This document shows, one piece after another, positions 49,404-59,074 of a stretch of 64,000 nucleotides of DNA. The stretch lies in the NCBI GenBank assembly GCA_021813145.1, contig JAKALS010000005.1, forward strand, positions 8,022 to 72,021. The letters run 5' to 3'. The translations under genes were made by a program, and so were the position numbers. Numbering within the stretch: position 1 is the stretch's first letter; each line of letters begins with the position of its first letter. The notes beneath the pieces are model-generated. The model was not told the origin of the DNA and did no database searches. It worked only from the letters and a program-made list of their open reading frames with translations. This DNA is from a bacterium (GTDB lineage: Bacteria > Patescibacteriota > Microgenomatia > Levybacterales > UBA12049).

Positions 49404-50255
49404 ATGAGAAGGCTTCTTTTTATTGTCGTTCCTGTCCTTTTGGCAGTTTTAATTTTTGCCGTTATTTTTATTTTAATCAACAAAAACTCGGCCCCCGGCG
49501 CTTTACAGGTAACGTCGTCTCCCATAAGTAAAGTTTATCTTGACGGAAAACTGATAGGTCAGACCCCTCTTTGCAGATGTCAGGGAAGCGATATGATTTC
49601 TTCGGGAAATCATACTTTAAGACTTGTCCCCACGCAGGGAAACTTTGATCCCTTTGAGGAACAAATAACAGTTACGCCCTCCGTTCTTACGGTTGTCGAC
49701 AGAACTTTCGGACAGGGAGCATCCTCCCAGGGCTCTATAATAAGCCTTTCTCCGATACAGGATAAGACTGCCGCGCAACTTCTTATTGTTTCTTTTCCCG
49801 ATAATGCCCGGGTTAGTCTTGACAGCAATCCGTCGGGAAATACCCCATTACTTTTGCAAAATGTTACGCCTTCGGATCACGATATTCAACTAACCAAAGA
49901 CGGTTATGTGAGTAAAACGGTAAGAGTAAGGGCGGTACCGGGCTATAAACTCGAGGCAATCGTGTACCTCGGGGTAAACCTTACCACCGCAACCTCTTCC
50001 GCCCTTTTGTCGGCCAGTCCTTCGGCAAGCCCTGCACCCACTCCCTCGACAACAGTAACGGTTACAATTCTTCAGACTCCTACGGGATTTTTAAGAGTAA
50101 GAAGCGAACCTTCCTTGGGAGGAACGGAAATAACTCAAGTTAAACCCGGAGATAAATACCCGTTTGTTTCGGAGCAATCCGGATGGTACGAGATAAAACT
50201 TAATAACGGACAAACCGGCTGGGTAAGCGGCCAGTATGCGCAAAAATCCTCTTAA
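49404..50255 (+). CDS. membrane-anchored protein with two PEGA domains and a C-terminal bacterial SH3 domain
   Basis: VTSSPISKVYLDGKLIGQTPL and ARVSLDSNPSGNTPLLLQ (PEGA-like). C-terminal GFLRVRSEPS...GWYEIKLNNGQTGWVSGQY (SH3b). Confidence 0.65.
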   Translation: MRRLLFIVVPVLLAVLIFAVIFILINKNSAPGALQVTSSPISKVYLDGKLIGQTPLCRCQGSDMISSGNHTLRLVPTQGNFDPFEEQITVTPSVLTVVDRTFGQGASSQGSIISLSPIQDKTAAQLLIVSFPDNARVSLDSNPSGNTPLLLQNVTPSDHDIQLTKDGYVSKTVRVRAVPGYKLEAIVYLGVNLTTATSSALLSASPSASPAPTPSTTVTVTILQTPTGFLRVRSEPSLGGTEITQVKPGDKYPFVSEQSGWYEIKLNNGQTGWVSGQYAQKSS

Positions 50256-51196
50256 GGGCCTACAAAATATACGATAACAATTACCAGAAAAGCCCAAAGG
50301 GTAACCGTAAAAAGAAGGGGTATGTCGGATAAAAGGACTCTTTCCGGACTTTCACCTTCATTTTTTTCGTAAATATCCTGGAGATATCTCATAAGTCCGT
50401 AAACTACGGGAATTATTGTTATCATCAGCCATTTCCTCTGGAAAAAAGTAGGGAGAAAATCGGGCATAAAAACACCAAGGGCGAGTTTGAATCCTCCGGG
50501 GTTTTCAAGGAACGTAAATAGGGAGTAAGAAACGAATGTCGAAGTGGCAAAAATCGAGGCGTAAACATCAAGGAGCCTTTCGGAATAATGAGAAAGGGAC
50601 TTACGGGTAGAAGCAATATCATTTTCTTTGTCCCCCGATAAAAGTGTGAGCTCAGACCTTCTTTTGCCTATAGCCAAAAACAGCGAGATAGATATGGTCG
50701 TGAGCAAAAGCCATACGGATATATGGAATCCGCTTGCAAATTCTCCTCCGTAAACTCTTAGTATATAACCAGTAGCGATTAGAAGAATATCCAAAACGGC
50801 TACCGATTTTAAGAAGGAGGAATAAAGGAATTGGATTATTAAATAACTAAGTACCAGGGCAAAAAATGCCGGAGTAATTTCTCTTGCGACTATAAAGGAA
50901 AATACAATAAGAAAAGCGGCAAGTCCTATTGCAAACGGGACGGGAACGTCGCCATGGGCGAGAGGCCGGAATTTTTTAAAAGGATGTACCCTGTCTTTTT
51001 TTATGTCAAAAAGGTCGTTTATTATATAAGTTGCTGACGAAAGTCCGCAAAATACAAAGAATCCGAAAAGAACCTTTATAAAAACCGGCGGGTCAAAAAG
51101 TTCCCCGGCAAAAGTTATGGCGGCAAAAATCGCGAGGTTTTTTATCCATTGCCTGGGCCTTAATAATCTTAGTGTATTAAATGCCAGTTTTATCAT
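50252..51196 (-). CDS. UbiA-family prenyl-phosphate phosphoribosyltransferase (decaprenyl-phosphate phosphoribosyltransferase-like)
   Basis: LRPRQWIKNLAIF (the RPRQWxKN signature of DPPR synthases) and NDLFDIKKDRVHP (UbiA NDxxDxxxD). Confidence 0.7.
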   Translation of the reverse strand: MIKLAFNTLRLLRPRQWIKNLAIFAAITFAGELFDPPVFIKVLFGFFVFCGLSSATYIINDLFDIKKDRVHPFKKFRPLAHGDVPVPFAIGLAAFLIVFSFIVAREITPAFFALVLSYLIIQFLYSSFLKSVAVLDILLIATGYILRVYGGEFASGFHISVWLLLTTISISLFLAIGKRRSELTLLSGDKENDIASTRKSLSHYSERLLDVYASIFATSTFVSYSLFTFLENPGGFKLALGVFMPDFLPTFFQRKWLMITIIPVVYGLMRYLQDIYEKNEGESPERVLLSDIPLLFTVTLWAFLVIVIVYFVGP

Positions 51197-52256
51197 TGTT
51201 GCGTCTTATAAAGAGCTGCAGGAAAAGTATAGCTCCTCCTGCAATAATAACAAGCATTATTATTGCGAAAAGTTTACCCTTGCTTGATAAAACAAGAGAC
51301 AACGCACCCAATATAGCAGAAACAGTCCAATAAAACAACGCGATACGCCTATGCCCGAATCCCAAATCCAAAAGTAGATGGTGGAGGTGTTTTTTATCGT
51401 GCCAAAAAGGAGAATGTCCGGTTGCTATTCTTCTGGCAATCGTAAAAGCTCCGTCCGTCATGGGAACTCCCATAACAAGAATTGCCGTTGCGAGTTTTGC
51501 TCCCGAAAGTATGGAGGCAACCGCCAAAAGAAGATATATAGCAGTTGCGCCGTATCCCGGAAATATTTTAGCGGGATAAAAATTGAAAATAAGAAAACCT
51601 AAAGATGCTCCCGCTATTATAAAAGAGAGAGTTGCGCTCATGAGGCTGTACTGGTCCAGAACCGGAAAACGGAGACTTAAGATTCCGATAATTATTGCAG
51701 AAATTGCCACAATTCCCGGCATCTGCCCGTCTACACCTTTGCTCCAATTCAACATGTTCATAACCCAGACTATCCAAAGAACGGCAATAAAATAAGAAAA
51801 AAAAGTAAGTTCGAAATTATTGAGAAAGGGAAGTTTTAGGGTATTCAAAAAAAGTATTCCCCCGAAAGGGTTAGTTATAAAAGGAATATTTACCCCGGCC
51901 CATACGACCACAACTGCGGAAAATATATTGATAACAAACCGGAAATACGGAGAAATGTCGTATTTGTCGTCGAACGTCCCTATTAAAAGACAAATTAAGG
52001 CAGCGCCGTAAATCGCAATCGTAATTTTTACGATAGGTAAAAATATCAGGCTTGTAAGTAAAACTCCGATAAAAAGGGGGATCCCCCCTCCTCTTGGAAT
52101 CGGCTTGCTGTGGACAACCGCGGGATGTTTATGGGTTTTAGGGTCATCCATTATGCCCCATTTTCTTATAAAAACAAGAGAAACGGGGGTGGCGATAACA
52201 GTAAAAATAAAAGCGGCAAGAAGAGGGAAGACAATAGTGTTTAAAGGATTAAACAT
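51177..52256 (-). CDS. GT4 polyprenyl-phosphate sugar-1-phosphate transferase (WecA/MraY family)
   Basis: 10-11 TM helices, MNMLNWSKGVDGQ (NxxNxxDGxDG-like), and a cytoplasmic loop HPAVVHSKPIPRGGG. Confidence 0.7.
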   Translation of the reverse strand: MFNPLNTIVFPLLAAFIFTVIATPVSLVFIRKWGIMDDPKTHKHPAVVHSKPIPRGGGIPLFIGVLLTSLIFLPIVKITIAIYGAALICLLIGTFDDKYDISPYFRFVINIFSAVVVVWAGVNIPFITNPFGGILFLNTLKLPFLNNFELTFFSYFIAVLWIVWVMNMLNWSKGVDGQMPGIVAISAIIIGILSLRFPVLDQYSLMSATLSFIIAGASLGFLIFNFYPAKIFPGYGATAIYLLLAVASILSGAKLATAILVMGVPMTDGAFTIARRIATGHSPFWHDKKHLHHLLLDLGFGHRRIALFYWTVSAILGALSLVLSSKGKLFAIIMLVIIAGGAILFLQLFIRRNNDKTGI

Positions 52257-52258
52257 TT

Positions 52259-52612
52259 TTATAAAACTATCTGTATAGTTCTTACAACAAAAAGCATGGT
52301 AAGAATGGCGACGATAAGACTTATAACGGCAAGAAGTCTCGAGACGAGGGGCGTCTTTTTATAAAGAACGGAAGATACGATTATGTTAACGATAAGGATA
52401 AAAAATGAGATGACAGTAGGAATAAAAACTCCCCAGGTCGGGGCAAGCCTCGGCGTTCCCCACGGCAGTTGGTTATAAACCGGCATAAAAGGCGGAAGCC
52501 CCTTATAATTTATCAGTATGTAGGGAAGCGGGAGGATTATAAGGATAATTGTTGTCAGGAAACCTCTAAAAGTGAGCTTGTCCTGCCTTATATCACTAAA
52601 GAACTCTTTCAT
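52259..52612 (-). CDS. small 3-4 TM membrane protein, operon member
   Basis: 117 aa. Its start overlaps the upstream GT-C gene. Confidence 0.4.
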   Translation of the reverse strand: MKEFFSDIRQDKLTFRGFLTTIILIILPLPYILINYKGLPPFMPVYNQLPWGTPRLAPTWGVFIPTVISFFILIVNIIVSSVLYKKTPLVSRLLAVISLIVAILTMLFVVRTIQIVL

Positions 52613-54080
52613 ATATTAAAACGTTATCGATTTCAATTTTTTCTTTGTAGTTAACAAGAGAAAAGGGAATGGGTCCGACGTTTGGCATGATAACAATAAA
52701 TTTCGGTTTTTTCAATGCTATTGCATTTTGTGTATTTGAGACTCCGTCCGGGTAATCTTCTACGTGATAAGCAACCGCATATTTTCCCGGAGGAAGTTTG
52801 TCCGTAAGTTTATAAAGCATAGCGTTGTTTCCCCAGAGAAATATCGAGTCTTTTTTTGTGGTATTTGCATTTATAAAGGCGGCAACTTCGTATGTAACGG
52901 GAGTTCCTCTGTCAAAAAAATTCTGATATGCCGTAACGCTTTCCCGTCCCAAGACAAACGAAGTAAAATTGACATAATAAGCCGCAAATTTATCGTAGAA
53001 CCAAAAATTCTTCAATACCAAAAATAAAGTTATAATTGCAACAACGGACGTGATAACCTTAAGTTTCCTGTCATAAAAAATAAAACCCAACAAAAGAACA
53101 AATGCGGGTAGCATATTCAGAAGGTAATGGGTGTAAGGTCTTTGGGAAAAGAAAGAATTAAAAAGGGAAAAAGCAAACCAACTCCATATAAATATCGCCG
53201 TCTTATCCAGCGAATGTCTTCTTGCATAAAGATAAAGACAGAAAAGGCCCAGTAAAATTATTTTGAGTATCAAGAAACCTTGGGGAATTATAAGTTTATT
53301 TCCGTAGCCGACATATCCGATATTGGAGAAAAATGTCGCTTTTAAAAAGGGTGAAATAGCGCCTTCAAAAAAGAAGAAAAGTACGGTAGCAAGAATCGGA
53401 ATTGCAAAGCCGAGAGTAAAAGGTACCATTTTTATAATTTCCGCTTTTAGCTCTTTTACTTTTAACAATTTTTTAAGATAAAATTCTTTGTCGGTTAAAG
53501 CGATAAATACAAAGAACGCCGCAAAATCAAAAACTGCAACTATTTTAAAAAGAAATGAAACGCCGAGTAAAAAACCTGCGATAAATTGTATTTTGTATTT
53601 GTTATTCAGTATTTTTTCATCGATAGATTTTAAGATAAAGAGGGCTGCGATAACGGTGGGGAGAAGCATAAAATTTTCTGCATTTGCTATGTTCCCTTCG
53701 ATAATCGGGAGACCGAAAAGAACGGCATAAAGCCCGGTAGCAAAAAATATTATTTTGTCTCTGTTAAAAAGTTTCTTTGCCAGGAAATAGAAAATAATTA
53801 CACTTAAAAGTCCTACAATCAGCGAGAAAAGTCTGACGTAAAACTGGTCGGAATTAAACAGGCTATATACAAAATATAAAAGCGGCGGTTTGTTATCCCA
53901 GATATCCCTGTATAAAAGCCTTCCCTGATCCATCGCCATCCCTAAAACCTGATATATCCCTTCGTCGCCGTACCAATAGGGTTCAAAAAGCGACGGGAGC
54001 CTTAACAGAAAAAAGAAAAAAGAGGTAAAAAGAAGAAACCAAAATTCTTTGCTTCTTTCAAGCCTTTGTAATAAATTCAT
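52596..54080 (-). CDS. GT-C fold membrane glycosyltransferase (PMT_2/ArnT-like)
   Basis: YWYGDEGIYQ first-loop DE motif, about 12 TM helices, and a C-terminal soluble domain. Confidence 0.6.
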   Translation of the reverse strand: MNLLQRLERSKEFWFLLFTSFFFFLLRLPSLFEPYWYGDEGIYQVLGMAMDQGRLLYRDIWDNKPPLLYFVYSLFNSDQFYVRLFSLIVGLLSVIIFYFLAKKLFNRDKIIFFATGLYAVLFGLPIIEGNIANAENFMLLPTVIAALFILKSIDEKILNNKYKIQFIAGFLLGVSFLFKIVAVFDFAAFFVFIALTDKEFYLKKLLKVKELKAEIIKMVPFTLGFAIPILATVLFFFFEGAISPFLKATFFSNIGYVGYGNKLIIPQGFLILKIILLGLFCLYLYARRHSLDKTAIFIWSWFAFSLFNSFFSQRPYTHYLLNMLPAFVLLLGFIFYDRKLKVITSVVAIITLFLVLKNFWFYDKFAAYYVNFTSFVLGRESVTAYQNFFDRGTPVTYEVAAFINANTTKKDSIFLWGNNAMLYKLTDKLPPGKYAVAYHVEDYPDGVSNTQNAIALKKPKFIVIMPNVGPIPFSLVNYKEKIEIDNVLIYERVL

Positions 54081-54099
54081 ATTTTTAGCTTATCACAAA

Positions 54100-55593
54100 T
54101 CAAAGTTTTTCGGTAACTTTATATTCGAGCCTTTTTCCGAGCATCAGCTGGGTGTGTGAAATGAGTGCCGGTAGGGCGGAAAGGAAAAAACCGACTATGG
54201 GTAAAAGTAAAAATTCGAGCGGGAAAAGGAGTTGTTTTGTCTTTGTGGGAGCGGCTGCTTTTGGCCTGTTCCTAAAGTCTATGATTATCATGCTAAAAGT
54301 CGCAAAAAGGCAAAGTGTAAGAATAAGTCCCGCAAGCTTCGGAAGGTTGTAGCCTAGCGTAGTTCTTGAAAAAACAGGATTAACAAAGGGCATGATATTT
54401 GCCGCAATAGTGATAATAAACCACTGTACGGGCCATAAAAGATGGTCCATCAAAACGTTATAAATCATCATTGTTTTTCTGAAAAAAGGAACGTTTGGAA
54501 CCGTTAGCCACCATTTAATAAACAGTCCGTCGTCCGATACTCCCCATGACCAGCGTCTCTCCTGGTTATACTTGTTTTTAAGGCTGTTCATATAACTTGA
54601 CGAAAGAGGAGCATCCATGGAGGTCTTTAAAAATATCGGCGACATCCAGATGTTCCCCGACTTTTTATAGAATGCCTTAAAAAATATCCGGTAATCCTCG
54701 GGTATTACGTCCGTATCCCAATAATCAATGTCGTGGAGGAGTTTGAATGAAAGCGAATAGGTGGAATTTGAAATAAGTCTGTCGCCCTGGACCAAAAGAC
54801 CGGTTCTCCAAAGGCTTCCGAAAAATGCAATAATCCTGACGGGAGCGGGAACGCTCCAGAAATTGTTATAGTTCACGTTTGCCGACTGCCAGAATTTATT
54901 GTATTTTTTCGGATCTCTTAAGAACTCATAGCTTAGATAGGAAAAATATTGTTTATCGAAGATCGAGTCTGCGTCAACGGAAGAAATTGTAGCGTAATCG
55001 ATGTCTATTTTCCCGCTATCTACGAGCCTTTTATAAGCTAGTCTGCCTCCGTACGCTTCGTTGGACGATTTTCCTTTTACTTCTCCCGATAAATCGGGGT
55101 GAAAGCTTGCAAAGATATCGCCGAAAACATTTTTAAATTCTTTTATGAGGATTTCCGCTTTTTCCTTGCCCGATTGTTCGCGTTCTTCCATTGCAAGTAC
55201 AACGAAGATCCTTTTTGTAGGGAACGTCTGAATTGCGAGGCTTCTTATAGTTTCCCTTAATTTATCGACGTTTTCCTTATAGTTGGGGATTACCACAATA
55301 TGCGAGACTTTTTCGAAATCTTTAAGTTCTTTCGCTTCTTTAAGCCAGTTCTTTCTTTCTGCCTTTTGAATTCTCTGGGAAGAAATAAAGGCAGTTATGA
55401 CAAGAGAAAAGGATTTATAGAACCAGTAGACGTCAAAAAAAAGAATAAAATAGGCAAGGACAAGCGGTATAAAAAAGGAGCCCCATAGGGGAAAGAGTAT
55501 CAGGGTCCAGGAAACAAGTCCCGGCATAATCTCCAAAGCTCTTTTTGTTTTTATGGGGTATCTCGAAAAAATCTTAGAAAAAAAATTTGTCAT
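54100..55593 (-). CDS. membrane-embedded processive GT2 glycosyltransferase (cellulose/chitin-synthase-like)
   Basis: IVVIPNYKEN, the DAD (DxD) motif, and QERRWSWG (QxxRW), flanked by TM helices. Confidence 0.75.
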   Translation of the reverse strand: MTNFFSKIFSRYPIKTKRALEIMPGLVSWTLILFPLWGSFFIPLVLAYFILFFDVYWFYKSFSLVITAFISSQRIQKAERKNWLKEAKELKDFEKVSHIVVIPNYKENVDKLRETIRSLAIQTFPTKRIFVVLAMEEREQSGKEKAEILIKEFKNVFGDIFASFHPDLSGEVKGKSSNEAYGGRLAYKRLVDSGKIDIDYATISSVDADSIFDKQYFSYLSYEFLRDPKKYNKFWQSANVNYNNFWSVPAPVRIIAFFGSLWRTGLLVQGDRLISNSTYSLSFKLLHDIDYWDTDVIPEDYRIFFKAFYKKSGNIWMSPIFLKTSMDAPLSSSYMNSLKNKYNQERRWSWGVSDDGLFIKWWLTVPNVPFFRKTMMIYNVLMDHLLWPVQWFIITIAANIMPFVNPVFSRTTLGYNLPKLAGLILTLCLFATFSMIIIDFRNRPKAAAPTKTKQLLFPLEFLLLPIVGFFLSALPALISHTQLMLGKRLEYKVTEKL

Positions 55594-56375
55594 ATGTTAA
55601 AAATTTTTCCGGCGTTTTCGGTTGTCACAGAATTAATTTTATCAAAAGAAACACCTTTGATACCGGCTATAAATTCGGCCGTAATTATAACATAGGAAGG
55701 CTCGTTTCTGCTACCTCTATGGGGTACGGGGGTAAGCCAGGGTGCATCCGTTTCGGTTATAAGCCTTTCCAAAGGAGAGTATTCTACAAGGTCTCTTAAT
55801 GGAGTATCTTCGCCCGGAGCGATACCTTTATATGTGATATTTCCGTCAAAGCCGACGTAAAACCCGAGGTTAAGCACTTTTTTAAGGTAATCTAAGTTTC
55901 CGGACATGCAATGAAACATTCCGGGAATATCCGGCAATTCTTTTCTATAGGAAGAAAGAATATCTATTATGTCCGAAGCTGCTCTTCTTGAATGTATCTG
56001 CAAAGGCATCCTCTTTTTTATTGCAATCTGCAACTGCTTTTCAAAAATCTTCTTTTGAATTTTGGAGTCTACGTCGTTATGGGCAAAATAATCCAGGCCT
56101 ATTTCTCCGATTCCTATCACCTTCTCTTCGTTTAGAAGTTTTTCAATTTCCTTTTCCCAACCGTCTTCAACGCTATTTGCGTCATGGGGATGTATGCCTA
56201 CTACCGCATAAAAGTTTGCATTGTTTTTTGCCAGTTCGACGGCTTTTCTGCTTGTTTTAAGATCTGTCCCCACGTTGACAATTTTTTCGACTCCCTTTTT
56301 TTCGGCTCTTTTAACAACCTCATTAAAATCATTTTCGTACCCGGGATAATTAAGATGGCAATGCGCATCTATCAT
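55590..56375 (-). CDS. tatD: TatD family metal-dependent hydrolase
   Basis: MIDAHCHLN plus the downstream His/Glu/Asp ligands of the TatD fold. Confidence 0.85.
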   Translation of the reverse strand: MIDAHCHLNYPGYENDFNEVVKRAEKKGVEKIVNVGTDLKTSRKAVELAKNNANFYAVVGIHPHDANSVEDGWEKEIEKLLNEEKVIGIGEIGLDYFAHNDVDSKIQKKIFEKQLQIAIKKRMPLQIHSRRAASDIIDILSSYRKELPDIPGMFHCMSGNLDYLKKVLNLGFYVGFDGNITYKGIAPGEDTPLRDLVEYSPLERLITETDAPWLTPVPHRGSRNEPSYVIITAEFIAGIKGVSFDKINSVTTENAGKIFNI

Positions 56376-56477
56376 GAATTTATTATAACAATTAAACGCC
56401 CCCTCTCAAAGCTGATTCTTGCGTAATTCTTACAAAAATCTAACGGTTTAATCATAGTTTGAGTTCATTATAGGAGC

Positions 56478-56672
56478 ATGGAAGGAAACAATATGAATCA
56501 GGACGAACAGTATTTAAGACTGCAGACACTCGATGAAGACGTCAGGGATAAAGCCCTGGAAATTGCATATTTACTTATTAGGGACGGGCTAAATTATAAC
56601 AGCGCAATTCTCAAAGCAATAAAAATTGCCATAATTTGGGGGGAAATTTATGGCAAGGATACAAAAAACTAA
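56478..56672 (+). CDS. hypothetical small protein
   Basis: 64-aa ORF. Weak. Confidence 0.3.
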   Translation: MEGNNMNQDEQYLRLQTLDEDVRDKALEIAYLLIRDGLNYNSAILKAIKIAIIWGEIYGKDTKN

Positions 56673-56728
56673 GGCATACAAGCCTGCCTAGAAAAAGAGG
56701 AAACTGCCGTTTCCTCTTTTTTAGTGGC

Positions 56729-57022
56729 TTACGAATAAAATTGGTTTCTTTTGAGAGTGGAATAGCTCGCAACACTTATTGCTCCGGAGGCGGCCGTTCC
56801 CAAAGCTGCAAACACAAGAATTTCGCCGTTATTTAAAAGATTTTGTTCTTTCTTATTCAAGTTTTGGCTGTTATTTTCTACGCTCAAAGCTTCCGAGATA
56901 AACTGCTGTCCCGAGGAATAGGTGTCTTTCGCTTCAAAAGCCGTCACTGCAAATCCTGCTCCTGTTGCCGTAAGCCCTATTGCTAAAACGGCCGCAGGTA
57001 TTAAATTTTCAACTTTTCTCAC
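56729..57022 (-). CDS. hypothetical small secreted protein
   Basis: 97-aa ORF with a signal-like N-terminus. Confidence 0.35.
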   Translation of the reverse strand: MRKVENLIPAAVLAIGLTATGAGFAVTAFEAKDTYSSGQQFISEALSVENNSQNLNKKEQNLLNNGEILVFAALGTAASGAISVASYSTLKRNQFYS

Positions 57023-57268
57023 AAGTTGTGATTATAAGTACAATTACTTGTGCCTGTCAATACTGGGAAACTTGACTTTACCCGTTACTTAGGAGAATAA
57101 TTTAAATATGGCCAAGAAGAAAAAGTCAAATCCGAAATATAAAAGCTTCCGCCTTTACGGCAATCATAATCCCAGGAATTTATTCTGGTATATAGTTTTA
57201 GATTTGGTTTTTGCCGTAGCCCTGGGATTCATACTTCAGCCGCAAATAACACAGGTTTTGGCCGCGTA

Positions 57269-57538
57269 TTAATTGTCGGATCCGCCTTCGCCTCCGTCTG
57301 CGGGAGGAATAATGGAACGGTGCACGGGAACAGGTGTCTGTAAAGTCGTAGGACTCGTGCTTTGTACGGGAATTTGTGTGGGGGTAAGCGAAGGGGGTAC
57401 GGTAGCAGCCGGATTCGAAAAAGAAGTTTTTACGGTCCTTGTGTTTACCGGGCTCATAAGATAATAAAGGAAAAAAATTATTCCGAGCGCCGCCAATAAA
57501 ATCAGAAGCCTTTTCCAGTTAAGCGAAGCATCTCTCAT
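57269..57538 (-). CDS. hypothetical membrane-anchored Pro/Thr-rich protein
   Basis: 89 aa. Overlaps the upstream gene stop by 4 nt. Confidence 0.35.
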   Translation of the reverse strand: MRDASLNWKRLLILLAALGIIFFLYYLMSPVNTRTVKTSFSNPAATVPPSLTPTQIPVQSTSPTTLQTPVPVHRSIIPPADGGEGGSDN

Positions 57539-58182
57539 TGGTTCTTAAGAGCATTTTCGCATGCGGCTTTTGCCTGAGGATTGGTTATCTGTTCGCAGGG
57601 AGAAGCGGTTTGAGGTCCCGCCGGGGAAGCCTCTGTTTTATTTAAAAAGTTTGACATATCTGTAAACTGAATGTTTGAAGGCGGTTGGAATTTTGAATTA
57701 TCCGCAGTCCAGGGGGAACATTTGTAGTTTACTTTCTGGTTAAGATCGACGCCTTGATTTTGGTTTTGAGCGCTTGGCAGGGGAGTTTCATTTATCGCGG
57801 TATCAAGCTTCATCTTTATTCCGGAAGGAGAATTGCTTGTCCAGACATAAACATAGGTCCCGTCGGAAACGGTATTGCCTGTCAGTGTTTTCCCGTCCTG
57901 TTCTTTAAGACTGAAGTTCCCCGCAAATTTATTCCCGTCAAAATAATAGGTTCCCGTAGCCGAATTATCGGGATAACTGAAGTTGCAGCTTTGACTTTTT
58001 CCGGAAGCCAAAAGGCTTTTTAAGGTTCCGAGGGCCGTTGACTGGGTTGCTTTTGGCGTTGCCGTTACGGTTGTTTTTGGAGAAGCCGGTTTAGATTTTG
58101 AAAGACCAAGATACACACCGCCTCCTACAAGAAGAAGAACTATAATTACCGCTCCGGCAATTACAAACTTATTTTTCATCAC
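57535..58182 (-). CDS. hypothetical secreted protein (signal anchor, 4 Cys)
   Basis: 215-aa ORF with coding-like composition. Confidence 0.5.
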   Translation of the reverse strand: MMKNKFVIAGAVIIVLLLVGGGVYLGLSKSKPASPKTTVTATPKATQSTALGTLKSLLASGKSQSCNFSYPDNSATGTYYFDGNKFAGNFSLKEQDGKTLTGNTVSDGTYVYVWTSNSPSGIKMKLDTAINETPLPSAQNQNQGVDLNQKVNYKCSPWTADNSKFQPPSNIQFTDMSNFLNKTEASPAGPQTASPCEQITNPQAKAACENALKNQ

Positions 58183-58279
58183 CTAGGGCGAGTATATCCC
58201 CAAAATTTTATATAGTCAATACTTTTTTCCTACAGGATATTGTGTCTGCTATTATTTTTTAGTACTATTTTTTAGTTCA

Positions 58280-58513
58280 ATGGAAGACTTTGACCAGCTG
58301 ATAAATATGGCAATAAAGGTTTGCCAGACAAGAAATTACGTTACCCCGAGAATTCTCCAGAGAGCCCTAAAAACGGATGCCGCAAAAGCGGAAACGGTAT
58401 TTTCCGAGCTTGAAAAAATGGGAGTACTCTCTTATTTTTGGGCGAAAGAATACGAGGGATTACAGGTAAGTAAAGTCGACAGGAAAAAACTGAGGGAATT
58501 TTTAGTGAACTAA
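58280..58513 (+). CDS. standalone FtsK-gamma-like winged-helix protein
   Basis: YVTPRILQRALKTDAAKAETVFSELEKMGVLS resembles the FtsK gamma domain ([29 protein letters not shown]). Confidence 0.5.
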   Translation: MEDFDQLINMAIKVCQTRNYVTPRILQRALKTDAAKAETVFSELEKMGVLSYFWAKEYEGLQVSKVDRKKLREFLVN

Positions 58514-59071
58514 ATCTTCAAGTTTTAGTATTTCCTTCCAGTTTTTCCAGTTAAGTCTCCTTTTTTCTTTTACGGACCCGTTGTAGGGCATTTCATAAAG
58601 AATGTGTTCCCAGTAAGGTTTTCTTACGCCTTCGGGTTGCGGTTTATCGTCTATTAGGTAATCTCCAAAGACGAGAGTCTTATCTTTAGTAAGAATAGTC
58701 CTTTTTACCCACTCATAACCCAGATTTTTTTCGACCCAAGCGTATTTCTCCAAAACACAATTTTCGTATTGGTGTATAAAACTGGTGCATATAAAAACTT
58801 CATGCCCCATTTCCGTCATTTCTTCTATGGCTTCCTTTCCGCCCGTCACTAAGGGGAGATTTTCAAAAAATCCTACGGAAGTGAGTATTCCAAATATCTG
58901 TTCTTTCAATTCTTTCGGATACTGTTCATGGATATAAAAAGTGCTTCTTCTTTCAAGAGGTATATAAAAATGTCCGGGGTATTTTTTTCTGAATTTTGTA
59001 AGAAATTCCCCTTCGTAATCCGCAAGGACATTGTCCATGTCAACAAGAATTATTTTTTTATTTTTATCCAT
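58502..59071 (-). CDS. HAD-superfamily 5'(3')-deoxyribonucleotidase (NT5C-like)
   Basis: ILVDMDNVLAD (HAD DxDxV motif I) and NT5C-family length and pattern. Confidence 0.7.
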   Translation of the reverse strand: MDKNKKIILVDMDNVLADYEGEFLTKFRKKYPGHFYIPLERRSTFYIHEQYPKELKEQIFGILTSVGFFENLPLVTGGKEAIEEMTEMGHEVFICTSFIHQYENCVLEKYAWVEKNLGYEWVKRTILTKDKTLVFGDYLIDDKPQPEGVRKPYWEHILYEMPYNGSVKEKRRLNWKNWKEILKLEDLVH

Positions 59072-59074
59072 TAC

